DNA of 64,000 nt. It comes from a bacterium (GTDB taxonomy: Bacteria; Zhuqueibacterota; Zhuqueibacteria; Residuimicrobiales; Krinioviventaceae). Position 1 is the first letter of the stretch, and each line of letters opens with the position of its first letter. Under the pieces are notes generated by a model. It worked only from the letters and a program-made list of their open reading frames with translations. It was not told the origin of the DNA and made no database searches. Location: positions 2,720,001 to 2,784,000 of the forward strand of contig CAXXMD010000003.1 in NCBI GenBank assembly GCA_963675755.2. The letters run 5' to 3'. Of this stretch, positions 23,761-32,103 are shown in pieces. A program made the translations under genes and the position numbers.

Positions 23761-25686
23761 TTAATAGTTATGCTTGGAAGTGTAAAGAATTTTGTGTTTG
23801 TCGTATTCTTTTTTTTCTTTAAATATTTGTGATTTAGGATTAATAATGTCTTCTCTACTGATTAAGTAATGATGTTTTAAAAAAGATTTAATTTTTTGAG
23901 GACAATTTAATTCTTGTATGTTTTGGAATTGATTTATTGCAATTATTTTTTTAGTTATTTCAATTTCGTTTTTCGATAAATTATTGAAATCATCCCACCA
24001 TTTTTGGGTATACCCCTTTTCTTTAAAAAAGAACCTATATAAGATATATGTTTCCGGCATATATAATAGTTTAAAATATTCTTCTTCATTATGACCAAAT
24101 GCTTCATAAAAAAATGATTTACCTTTACCAATTTTACCTTTTGTTGCATTAAGTATTGTCTGTATTGCTCGAATAAATTTTTTATTCCAATGTTTACCAA
24201 TGTAATTTCTGTTTGCGAACCAATTTTGTCCATTGATAGGGTGGTATTTCATTGGAAAAGAATATATGTTTAAATTATATTGTTCACATAATTCAATGTT
24301 AATTTTTAACCGTTGATACAATTCAATTGGTTTATCGTTTTCATTATATAATAAATAATTTGAAAGATTTGTAATTCCATATTTAGCTGCTAGCTCAACA
24401 GCTTTTATATATGTCTTTTCCCACTTCATACTATCAAAAGCGATACGCAATGGTTTTATTGGTATTTCACTTAAAAGTTTCATTTTATATTCGTCAGCAA
24501 CTAAATATCGCGCATCTATCCCTTGGTTAAAATCAACATATCGTTGTTTTGGCATTTTATTTCTATGTTTTTCATAGAGGTCTTTTACTTTAGGATAAAT
24601 TATAATAAGGTTTTCTTTAGTTGATTTATCTTTTGATAATAAGTTTAATGATTTCATTAAGTCATATAGATACTGTTGCTTTGAATTTGGTAGTTTATCA
24701 AGTAAAATGTGTAAAAGATCGTATGATTTATTTATAAATGCTTTGTCATTATAATTTGATTTAAGATTTGCTATTGAAATATCCAATTGATTAGGTTCAA
24801 TATATTTAGAACCTTTTGAGAAACCGCACTCCTTAATTTCTTCAATTATTTGTTCAAAACAATTAGATGCTAAAACATTATTATCTAAGAGTAAAAGATT
24901 TCTTTTTTCACCATATCGTTTTGATGTTGCATTAATTTGTTCTTTAATTGGTATGTAATGTTGGAATTCAGGTTCAAGCTTTGGAACTGCGCAAAAAGCA
25001 CATTGTCGTTTACAACCTCTTGTCATATAACCATAATATGCATTATTTTCTGGATATTTATAATCGATTTCGTCTAGGATTGAATAGTCGAGAGGTAAAG
25101 TGTCAATAATTATTTCATTGTCATCAAGTATTCCTGATTTATCAAGTAAGCCTTCATGAGGTTTAATTCCAGTTTTTTCTTGTAATTCTTTTGCTAAAAC
25201 TGTCGCCAGTACACCACCTACCCAGAGTTCATTTAAATCTTTTACAAGTTTTTTGGCAAACTCAATAGTTTCAATTGTTATTATCCAATGAAAAGTGAAT
25301 AGTGTTGTAATGCAGATTCTGTCCCATTTAGGTTGCTTAAAATAGTGACCTTTTCTGTACAAATTTTTATAATGTTCAAGCCAATAATTTATAGTTATTT
25401 CATATTGTGTTTGTTTTGGTAGTTCAGCCTTAAATGAATTTTTGCCTGTACGGATATATTGGAGTAAACTTGTTTTATAATTTAACCAATCTAATGAGCT
25501 GTCTACTTCATTTAGCGTGGCAATTAACTGATTATTTATATCATTAAGAATGAATTCTTTTAAATCACCTTTATAAAAGGTGACATTGTCACCAAGCATT
25601 CTGTGATAAGAGGCCAACTTCATTAAGCCTATGGGTGGGTATTTATTTTTATAGTTTGGTTCGAGCAGGAGAACGTTTCTTGGCAT
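23761..25686 (-). CDS. Radical SAM protein with N-terminal cobalamin-binding-like domain
   Basis: TRGCKRQCAFC (CxxxCxxC), LLDNN, VDFNQGIDAR; N-terminal VLLLEP...YPPIGLMKLASY...WVGG. Confidence 0.85.
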   Translation of the reverse strand: MPRNVLLLEPNYKNKYPPIGLMKLASYHRMLGDNVTFYKGDLKEFILNDINNQLIATLNEVDSSLDWLNYKTSLLQYIRTGKNSFKAELPKQTQYEITINYWLEHYKNLYRKGHYFKQPKWDRICITTLFTFHWIITIETIEFAKKLVKDLNELWVGGVLATVLAKELQEKTGIKPHEGLLDKSGILDDNEIIIDTLPLDYSILDEIDYKYPENNAYYGYMTRGCKRQCAFCAVPKLEPEFQHYIPIKEQINATSKRYGEKRNLLLLDNNVLASNCFEQIIEEIKECGFSKGSKYIEPNQLDISIANLKSNYNDKAFINKSYDLLHILLDKLPNSKQQYLYDLMKSLNLLSKDKSTKENLIIIYPKVKDLYEKHRNKMPKQRYVDFNQGIDARYLVADEYKMKLLSEIPIKPLRIAFDSMKWEKTYIKAVELAAKYGITNLSNYLLYNENDKPIELYQRLKINIELCEQYNLNIYSFPMKYHPINGQNWFANRNYIGKHWNKKFIRAIQTILNATKGKIGKGKSFFYEAFGHNEEEYFKLLYMPETYILYRFFFKEKGYTQKWWDDFNNLSKNEIEITKKIIAINQFQNIQELNCPQKIKSFLKHHYLISREDIINPKSQIFKEKKEYDKHKILYTSKHNY

Positions 25687-27239
25687 TATTTAAATTCTTC
25701 TTCAATTTTGCATTTTAATTCTTCACCCCTATCTTTTATATCGGGTAACATTAAATCAATTATTTCAAAAACTTTTCTAATGATTTTTTCCTCTTTTTTG
25801 GATAGTTTACTTAGTTTCTGTGAACGATATTTTGTTTTTAAATTTGTATTATTAGTTTTTACTACTTCATCAAAGTTGGTTATTGTTTTTGGATCAACTA
25901 TTTTATTAAATACTCTATTAAGAGCTGGGTTTGAAGAAGCTTTTTCTTCTAACCGTTTAAGATCTTTTTCCTTTTTAATTGCTTCGATTCTGGCTTTTTC
26001 AATATCTTCAATGAATTGTGATTCTTGATTTTTACTTGAAAATGTACCTAAATTTTGTTTTTTTTCATACTCATTTTTAATATTTTTATAATTTTGAATC
26101 CTTTTTACAGCATTTTTAATTTTATTAGCATCATGATATAAACTGTGTAGTTTAGTATAAAAAAAATCTTTTAATTTTTTGTCTAATAAGTTAGATATTT
26201 TGTTTTCGTTAAAATAATCTCGTCGTGAATTAGGAATTAAGTCTGAATGGAAACCATGAATTTCGCCTATAAAGTAAAAATTACCTCTTTGTTCTTTATG
26301 CAATTTTACTAATGTATTTTCTGAACCAATCTGAATATTCCCTTTACGTAGTCTTAATCCACGAGCGCAATTCCCGACAGCAGGTATTTGTTTCTCAAAT
26401 TTTGATATACCGTACCATCCCCATGCAATTATTTCATCTTTATCTTTAATAGTTAATGTTTCTATATCATAAATTTCATCAAATTTTTTATTGTTTGGAG
26501 GTGCACCATCATATAAATAAGTTGAATATGCTTTAAATAATTGCTCTGTGTTAATATAAATACGATATTCATCAAGTGCAAGGTGATTTGCTATTAATCC
26601 TTCATGAATTAAATTTTTAAAAATAAAATGGGAGTTGAAAGGGACTGGGGCAACCATTGACAAATATTCTTCAATATTATTTTTATCCAATAAACTATCG
26701 TTTTTGACATCACACATGATAACTTTAAAATAATGATCATTTTCATCTGCATTGTCTTTGGCAAAATTAATTACAGAATTTACTACAGTTGCTGCATCCA
26801 TATCAATATTACTATCAATTAATTTGTTTTGTAGCTTTTCTGCATCCCAGAGCATAAGATTTTTGACATTTTCACCTTTGAAGCTTGATTCAAAAATAAG
26901 TTTACGACAATACCCCAGACCTCCCAATCTACCTATACCTCTAAATCCTTTGTCTTTTGTTCTATCTTTTGCAGATAGGGCAATATTTGTTAAAGATGAA
27001 GAAAAGTTTTCCGAATTAATGCCTGTTGCATTATCTTCAATAATTATTTGTTTATTATTTTTATCAATAGAAATATGAATGATACCTTCATTTCTATTAG
27101 GAATAATACCAAGCTCAACAGCTTTGTCGATTTGATCTACAGCATTTTGTATATATTCACGATATACAACTCTTGCATCCTCATACATCCCAGATGTCAA
27201 AGTTTCAATAACTGTTTTTCCAATTCTTATATTTGGCAT
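25686..27239 (-). CDS. GHKL-family ATPase (HATPase_c_3; Hsp90/MORC-like) with C-terminal coiled coil
   Basis: REYIQNAVD (motif I), IEDNATGI (motif II), KGFRGIGRLGG (motif III); Lys/Glu-rich helical tail; TAATG overlap with the radical SAM gene. Confidence 0.88.
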   Translation of the reverse strand: MPNIRIGKTVIETLTSGMYEDARVVYREYIQNAVDQIDKAVELGIIPNRNEGIIHISIDKNNKQIIIEDNATGINSENFSSSLTNIALSAKDRTKDKGFRGIGRLGGLGYCRKLIFESSFKGENVKNLMLWDAEKLQNKLIDSNIDMDAATVVNSVINFAKDNADENDHYFKVIMCDVKNDSLLDKNNIEEYLSMVAPVPFNSHFIFKNLIHEGLIANHLALDEYRIYINTEQLFKAYSTYLYDGAPPNNKKFDEIYDIETLTIKDKDEIIAWGWYGISKFEKQIPAVGNCARGLRLRKGNIQIGSENTLVKLHKEQRGNFYFIGEIHGFHSDLIPNSRRDYFNENKISNLLDKKLKDFFYTKLHSLYHDANKIKNAVKRIQNYKNIKNEYEKKQNLGTFSSKNQESQFIEDIEKARIEAIKKEKDLKRLEEKASSNPALNRVFNKIVDPKTITNFDEVVKTNNTNLKTKYRSQKLSKLSKKEEKIIRKVFEIIDLMLPDIKDRGEELKCKIEEEFK

Positions 27240-27243
27240 GATT

Positions 27244-28899
27244 TTACTTAAATTGTTTATATAATGGTTTAGGGAATTTTATATTTAATAGAGAACGAAA
27301 TATTGGATTTTGAATAATATATTCACCCTGTTTCAATCTAGTCATCATATTTTTATATACTGGAGGAATAAATCTATAATCGTTTTTTGATATTTCTATT
27401 GCATTGGTGCGACCATATGCATGTGTTGCACAATTCCCTTTTACTCTATCATGTATTGCACTTTTAAATTGTTCTGCAGAAAATAAAATAATTCCTAGCG
27501 ACCTGCCTCTTTCGGTAATATCAATTATTTGTCTAAGAATTGGTGAATTTTTAGGGATATCATTTGAAGCATATTTATTTAATTCATCAATGAAAATGAT
27601 TATCCTTGATGGGATATCTTCTTCAGGGATTCCGTCAAATTGTCCTAATTTCAAATCATAGACTGCTCTCATTACATCGCCAAAAATAAAACTTTGCATC
27701 CCTTCGTCCAATTTTGCAATATCAATAACAAAAATTTCATTTTTTTTAATTGATTTAATACTATCTTGAAGTCTTGTTTCCCTGTCTTGCTCCGATGCTC
27801 TTAGAGCAAAGATATGATTATTTAACGCTTTACGTACAATTCTTTTAAATTTCCTCCAACTTGCTACTGTTATTTCTTTATCCTTAGAAGAACCTGCTTG
27901 GCAATGTTTATCAATTTCGGCTAAAAATTGATCCCAATTTCTAATATTACCAAAATTTCCTTGTTCTGAAATAATATAATTTATTATTGATTCCATAGTC
28001 TGGGCTGGATCGTCAATGTTAGAGAACAGCAAGTCAAGATTTTCTTTGTCATATTCAAAAATATATTTATACCAATATGCTTTATCTAAGTTCGTTTGAT
28101 GTTCAATGAGGTTTTTATCAGCATAGGTGTTAGTATGAATGTTGTCGGCATATGGATAGAAGTATTTTACATGTTTGAATGGTTCATCGTCTAAACCAAG
28201 GTTTAAATAACATTCTTTATCTATTTTTGAGAGTTCATCGTTTGATTCGTCAATTGCTAATAAATCTTTACCTTTAACATTTAACAGTACAAATGCGACA
28301 TTATCTTCTATTTCCATATTTAAATATTTATATTGAATCGCTTTTAGCAAGAACATTGTATATGATGTTTTTGCTGCTAATCCACTTATGCCAGATATAT
28401 TCATGTGAGCTCCTTCTGGCCCTATTAAAAATTGTGAATTAAGATGTATTGGAAGACTTACCTTTTCGTCACTAGAACTTTCATACATTTCTAAATAGCC
28501 ACAAACTAAAGGATTTTTTATATTATCTAATCCCAATGCTTGTCTAATTTCTTGAGCAGTAGCTAAACTAACAGGTTCTCCATCCCTAACTGGAATGTAT
28601 ATATTTTTAGTATTTCCAACAACTTTTGCCCTAACATAGTTCATACCTATTCGTTGTGTGTTAGGTTGTATATTGACATCTCCAAAGTCATTTGAGATAA
28701 AACTTGTAAGATAACTAGCAGTGTCTGTGATATGTGAAATCTCTTCGACAACTCCGTAAGTTATAGATTCATTAATGTGATTAACTTTAATAACATCAAA
28801 TGGATTTAAAATCATATCCTTTGATGTCCAAAAAAAGAAGTCATCAATGGTTGTTGGATTTTTTTCTGTCGCCGCTATTCTACCAATTATTTTTCCCAT
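27244..28899 (-). CDS. herA: HerA-family ATPase/translocase
   Basis: N-terminal HAS-barrel-like region, Walker A variant HMNISGISGLAAKT, Walker B IIFIDE, ERGRSLG...EQ HerA signature. Confidence 0.88.
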   Translation of the reverse strand: MGKIIGRIAATEKNPTTIDDFFFWTSKDMILNPFDVIKVNHINESITYGVVEEISHITDTASYLTSFISNDFGDVNIQPNTQRIGMNYVRAKVVGNTKNIYIPVRDGEPVSLATAQEIRQALGLDNIKNPLVCGYLEMYESSSDEKVSLPIHLNSQFLIGPEGAHMNISGISGLAAKTSYTMFLLKAIQYKYLNMEIEDNVAFVLLNVKGKDLLAIDESNDELSKIDKECYLNLGLDDEPFKHVKYFYPYADNIHTNTYADKNLIEHQTNLDKAYWYKYIFEYDKENLDLLFSNIDDPAQTMESIINYIISEQGNFGNIRNWDQFLAEIDKHCQAGSSKDKEITVASWRKFKRIVRKALNNHIFALRASEQDRETRLQDSIKSIKKNEIFVIDIAKLDEGMQSFIFGDVMRAVYDLKLGQFDGIPEEDIPSRIIIFIDELNKYASNDIPKNSPILRQIIDITERGRSLGIILFSAEQFKSAIHDRVKGNCATHAYGRTNAIEISKNDYRFIPPVYKNMMTRLKQGEYIIQNPIFRSLLNIKFPKPLYKQFK

Positions 28900-28914
28900 A
28901 AATTATCCCTATTT

Positions 28915-30081
28915 TTAAAAAAGATTTAAAAAGTATTCATTACTTAAATATTTGCTTTTAATGAATACTTCTGTTAGGTAGACAGGATATAAGTGATTAG
29001 CCCAACGATTATCTTTGCCGTAGCAAACGGGATTTCTTTCATTTATAAGATTTGCACTAATAGTGTCAATTTCTTCAGTTTTTAAACCATATTTTTGTTC
29101 TTGCTCAGAAATTAATATCTTTTCAACTTTAATTATTCCTTCAAATGGGCTTGAAGTATATTTTGCATCTCTAATGCGTAAATACCATATTGAAAATTTT
29201 ACATTTCCTTCAGTCCCTCTTGAAACTTTTGATTCCCACATAAATGCTGGTGTCCGATGATATAATTTTAGTTCAGCAATCTTCTGGGCATTACTATGTC
29301 CTCGAGCATCAATGCACTTTTCTGGATTAAATGATTTTGAAACACCTACTACACATTTGTAGTTACTTTTTATTATTGATAAATCTTTAAAATCACCAGT
29401 TTTCATTGTTTTATACTCTAAAGAACCGTCTTTTAATAAATATGAATCCTCATTGAGTAAATTTTTATAAACAAGAGAAGAAACTATTCTTTTCTCCTGT
29501 TCAATCATTTCATCTTGTATTTTTGCTATTCCAAGGTTTTCATATTTTTCACCTATTTGTAGTTTAATATCAGCATAATCCAATATTTTGCTAAAATTTA
29601 AGCCACGTGTTTTGATGAAATTCTGTTCATTGATTTTGGTTACTAAATTATTAAAGAACAATTTTTTTTTGTTGTCTTTTGATGCATTTTCTGGAACTGC
29701 CATTACTAATTGGTGTTCAATTAGTTTACTTTTTAAATTTTTTCTTTTATCTCGTTCACAACACCCAACTCCTATTTGGCCAGCAATAATCGGGTAAACA
29801 CGGTTATCATAAGCCATATCATCTACTTTATATGTTCTTCTGGAGCCATCAAGAAAATATTTGAAAAGTGGTTGTGAAAATTTTTCTATTTGTTTAGACT
29901 TGTTATAAAGGTGACGAGGAGATGTGATTTTTTCTGATTCACCATATTGCTTTAATGTAAGATTTGGTTGGTCATCATATACTAAATGGGGCATTTCTAT
30001 CCCATCGAAACAATATTTATGAGTTTTATAACTTTTCCCACTTGTTTCAGTTTCAACAAAAGACAATATTTTGTTCAACAT
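28915..30081 (-). CDS. nurA: NurA-like (RNase H-fold) nuclease
   Basis: FLDGS, MIEQE, LLKDGSL, VGVSKS, NHLYPVYLTE motifs in NurA order; directly upstream of herA. Confidence 0.75.
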   Translation of the reverse strand: MLNKILSFVETETSGKSYKTHKYCFDGIEMPHLVYDDQPNLTLKQYGESEKITSPRHLYNKSKQIEKFSQPLFKYFLDGSRRTYKVDDMAYDNRVYPIIAGQIGVGCCERDKRKNLKSKLIEHQLVMAVPENASKDNKKKLFFNNLVTKINEQNFIKTRGLNFSKILDYADIKLQIGEKYENLGIAKIQDEMIEQEKRIVSSLVYKNLLNEDSYLLKDGSLEYKTMKTGDFKDLSIIKSNYKCVVGVSKSFNPEKCIDARGHSNAQKIAELKLYHRTPAFMWESKVSRGTEGNVKFSIWYLRIRDAKYTSSPFEGIIKVEKILISEQEQKYGLKTEEIDTISANLINERNPVCYGKDNRWANHLYPVYLTEVFIKSKYLSNEYFLNLF

Positions 30082-30266
30082 GTAACCTTCATTTTTAAAA
30101 TCTCAAATGTATGAAAATACGACAAAAAAGATCAAGTATAATATTGTATTATGTTATTTATTGAGTATGAAAAAATAAAATTCACCCCCTCCCAATAATC
30201 AATTATCACTAAATAAAGTGAAAATCCGTAAAAGAAGCAAGATAAATTTAAAATTATAAATCCCGA

Positions 30267-30665
30267 TTATACCCAGTTTTCCACTTTTATCCCTGAAACA
30301 CGATTAAATTCTTTGGTGTTGGCGGTTAACATGATCAGTTTGTGTCTTTTGGCTTGGGCAGCTATCAACAGGTCATTTGCGCCAATGATTTGGCCCTTTA
30401 TTTCAAGCTCTGCACGGATGTTGCCATATTCCATTGCATCCGTGCTGTCAAAATCCAGGATGGTAAGGGGAGAGAGGATTTTTAGTACCGCAGTGAGATT
30501 TTTGGATTTGTGCTGACTTTTTTTCGCCCCGTATATCAGTTCCGCAACAGTGATTGACGATACCCCAAAATCTCGAATGTCTTTACTGGTAAATTTTTTT
30601 TCGAGTGATTTAGATTTTGAATTCATCAAATAGATGAGAATGTTCGTATCAACAAGATATTTCAT
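30267..30665 (-). CDS. vapC: VapC PIN-domain toxin
   Basis: YLVDTNI, SSITVAELIYG, IGANDLLIAAQA, TANTKEF. Confidence 0.95.
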   Translation of the reverse strand: MKYLVDTNILIYLMNSKSKSLEKKFTSKDIRDFGVSSITVAELIYGAKKSQHKSKNLTAVLKILSPLTILDFDSTDAMEYGNIRAELEIKGQIIGANDLLIAAQAKRHKLIMLTANTKEFNRVSGIKVENWV

Positions 30666-30883
30666 TACATTTTGATTTCGGTTAAATTTAAATCATCAAC
30701 ATCCGGAAAATCAACAGCTTCATGTATACCTTCAACAAAATTTGTCCAGGGATCGTCTTGCGGTAAAAGTACCAGTAAATTACCGATTTTATTAATATTA
30801 ACCGTGTCAGCATCCAACCTGTATTCTTTGGGCAAACGTATTGCCTGGCTGTTTCCGGATTGGAAAATTTTTGTAGTTTTCAT
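30665..30883 (-). CDS. vapB: VapB (AbrB/VagC-type) antitoxin
   Basis: TKIFQSGNSQAIRLPKEYR; TAATG overlap with vapC. Confidence 0.95.
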   Translation of the reverse strand: MKTTKIFQSGNSQAIRLPKEYRLDADTVNINKIGNLLVLLPQDDPWTNFVEGIHEAVDFPDVDDLNLTEIKM

Positions 30884-30893
30884 TTTACACCTC

Positions 30894-30935
30894 TTGTATA
30901 TACATGAATATATACAAATAAGGCCCTAAATGCAA
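30894..30935 (-). promoter_or_regulatory. vapBC promoter with overlapping palindromic operator
   Basis: TTGCAT-N17-TATATT on the minus strand; perfect 9-bp inverted repeat TTGTATATA-CATGAA-TATATACAA (30894-30917) over the -10. Confidence 0.75.
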
Positions 30936-30975
30936 GAAATTATTTGTTTATATATTTTATTGAATGGGAAAGAAT

Positions 30976-31000
30976 CATGGCGGGCCATTGGCCCACCATG
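30976..31000. repeat. REP-like palindrome / possible terminator
   Basis: CATGGCGGGCCA-T-TGGCCCACCATG; related to 39219-39245, 22767-22792 and 23390-23412. Confidence 0.5.
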
Positions 31001-31019
31001 TATTGGGGAAAAGGGTACT

Positions 31020-31922
31020 CTAGTTCATTGGTTGGTTTCTAAATTCTATGGGACTCATGCCCACTTCTTTTTTAAACAAGCGGGAAAAGTAGGGCTGGTT
31101 TTCAAAACCTAGCTCATGAGCAATATCGGCAATGCTTTTATTATCTGCAATTAGCATGTTTTTCGCTTGTGAAACAACATGCAAATGGATCAATTCAAGG
31201 GCTGTTTTGCCTGTTTCATGTTTCAACAAGTCGCTCATGTATTTGGGAGAGATATAAAGTTGCTCGGCCATATATTTAACGGAGGGCAAGCCTTTTTCTT
31301 CAGCCTCGCCGCTTTCAAAATACGAGTTTAAATGCTCGGTGAATTTTGTTACGGTTGAACCCGAGAGTTGTTTACGGTCAATAAACTGACGCTTGTAAAA
31401 GCGTTGAGCGTATTTTAACAGGGTGTCCAGATGAGAGAGAATGATTGTTTTGCTGAATTCATCGGGATTGTTGTAATACTCCATTTTTATCTTGTTGTAT
31501 ACAGACCACATGATCTCTTTTTCTCTGGGAGTAAGGTGGAGTGCCTCATTAATTTCATAATCAAAAAAGTTGTATTTTTTGATTTCATTATACAACGGAT
31601 GACCTATTAAATAATCTTCATGCAGGTAGATTGAAAATCCATCTTCCTTAATTACCACATCGTGAATGGATAGCTTTTGTCTGGGTTTGAAAAAATACAT
31701 GAATCCTTTATTGCTGTCATATTTTGTTTTCCCATACAAAAATTCACCGCTTTCAACTTTTTTAAAGCACATAACATAAAAGTTATAAGAGACCTGTTGG
31801 TTTATCAGGCAGGTGCTGCAACTATTGAATTCTACCAACCCTAAAAAAGGATTTTCAGGGGCTGGTGCACCTTCATGTTCGTACAGGTCACCAATATTTT
31901 CAAAATGTAACAAATTTTCCAT
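31020..31922 (-). CDS. AraC-family transcriptional regulator
   Basis: C-terminal double HTH: LPSVKYMAEQL.ISPKYMSDLLK, IAHELGFENQPYFSRLFKKEVG. Confidence 0.93.
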   Translation of the reverse strand: MENLLHFENIGDLYEHEGAPAPENPFLGLVEFNSCSTCLINQQVSYNFYVMCFKKVESGEFLYGKTKYDSNKGFMYFFKPRQKLSIHDVVIKEDGFSIYLHEDYLIGHPLYNEIKKYNFFDYEINEALHLTPREKEIMWSVYNKIKMEYYNNPDEFSKTIILSHLDTLLKYAQRFYKRQFIDRKQLSGSTVTKFTEHLNSYFESGEAEEKGLPSVKYMAEQLYISPKYMSDLLKHETGKTALELIHLHVVSQAKNMLIADNKSIADIAHELGFENQPYFSRLFKKEVGMSPIEFRNQPMN

Positions 31923-32027
31923 AACTCACACCTTGTGTATTTCCATTCATACTTATACTACAAATAATGTAATTAAATTAAAATAAAATTCTGCTTTTTT
32001 CCTCAAAATCGAGTCCTTAAAACCCTG

Positions 32028-32065
32028 CGCATCAAATCACCAATGATGTATTGGGATTTGATGCG
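32028..32065 (-). terminator. Stem-loop after the alcohol dehydrogenase gene
   Basis: CGCATCAAATC...GATTTGATGCG 11-bp inverted repeat. Confidence 0.6.
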
Positions 32066-32103
32066 TACAGAGTAAAAATTCAAGCATGTTTCTATTCAAA
32101 AAA

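Larger units (their letters stand above)
23761..30917. mobile_element. Probable horizontally acquired low-GC defence island (four-gene operon plus vapBC); no integrase seen
   Basis: Abrupt drop in GC at ~23760 relative to metK/ahcY; abuts a duplicated gene fragment; contains nuclease/ATPase genes and a TA module. Confidence 0.6.

Noticed and set aside
25686-27239. Calling the GHKL protein HtpG/Hsp90 or a sensor histidine kinase
   Set aside because: It lacks the Hsp90 middle/C-terminal domains and any HisKA/H-box or transmembrane sensor; the ATPase domain is N-terminal as in MORC/MutL-type proteins.
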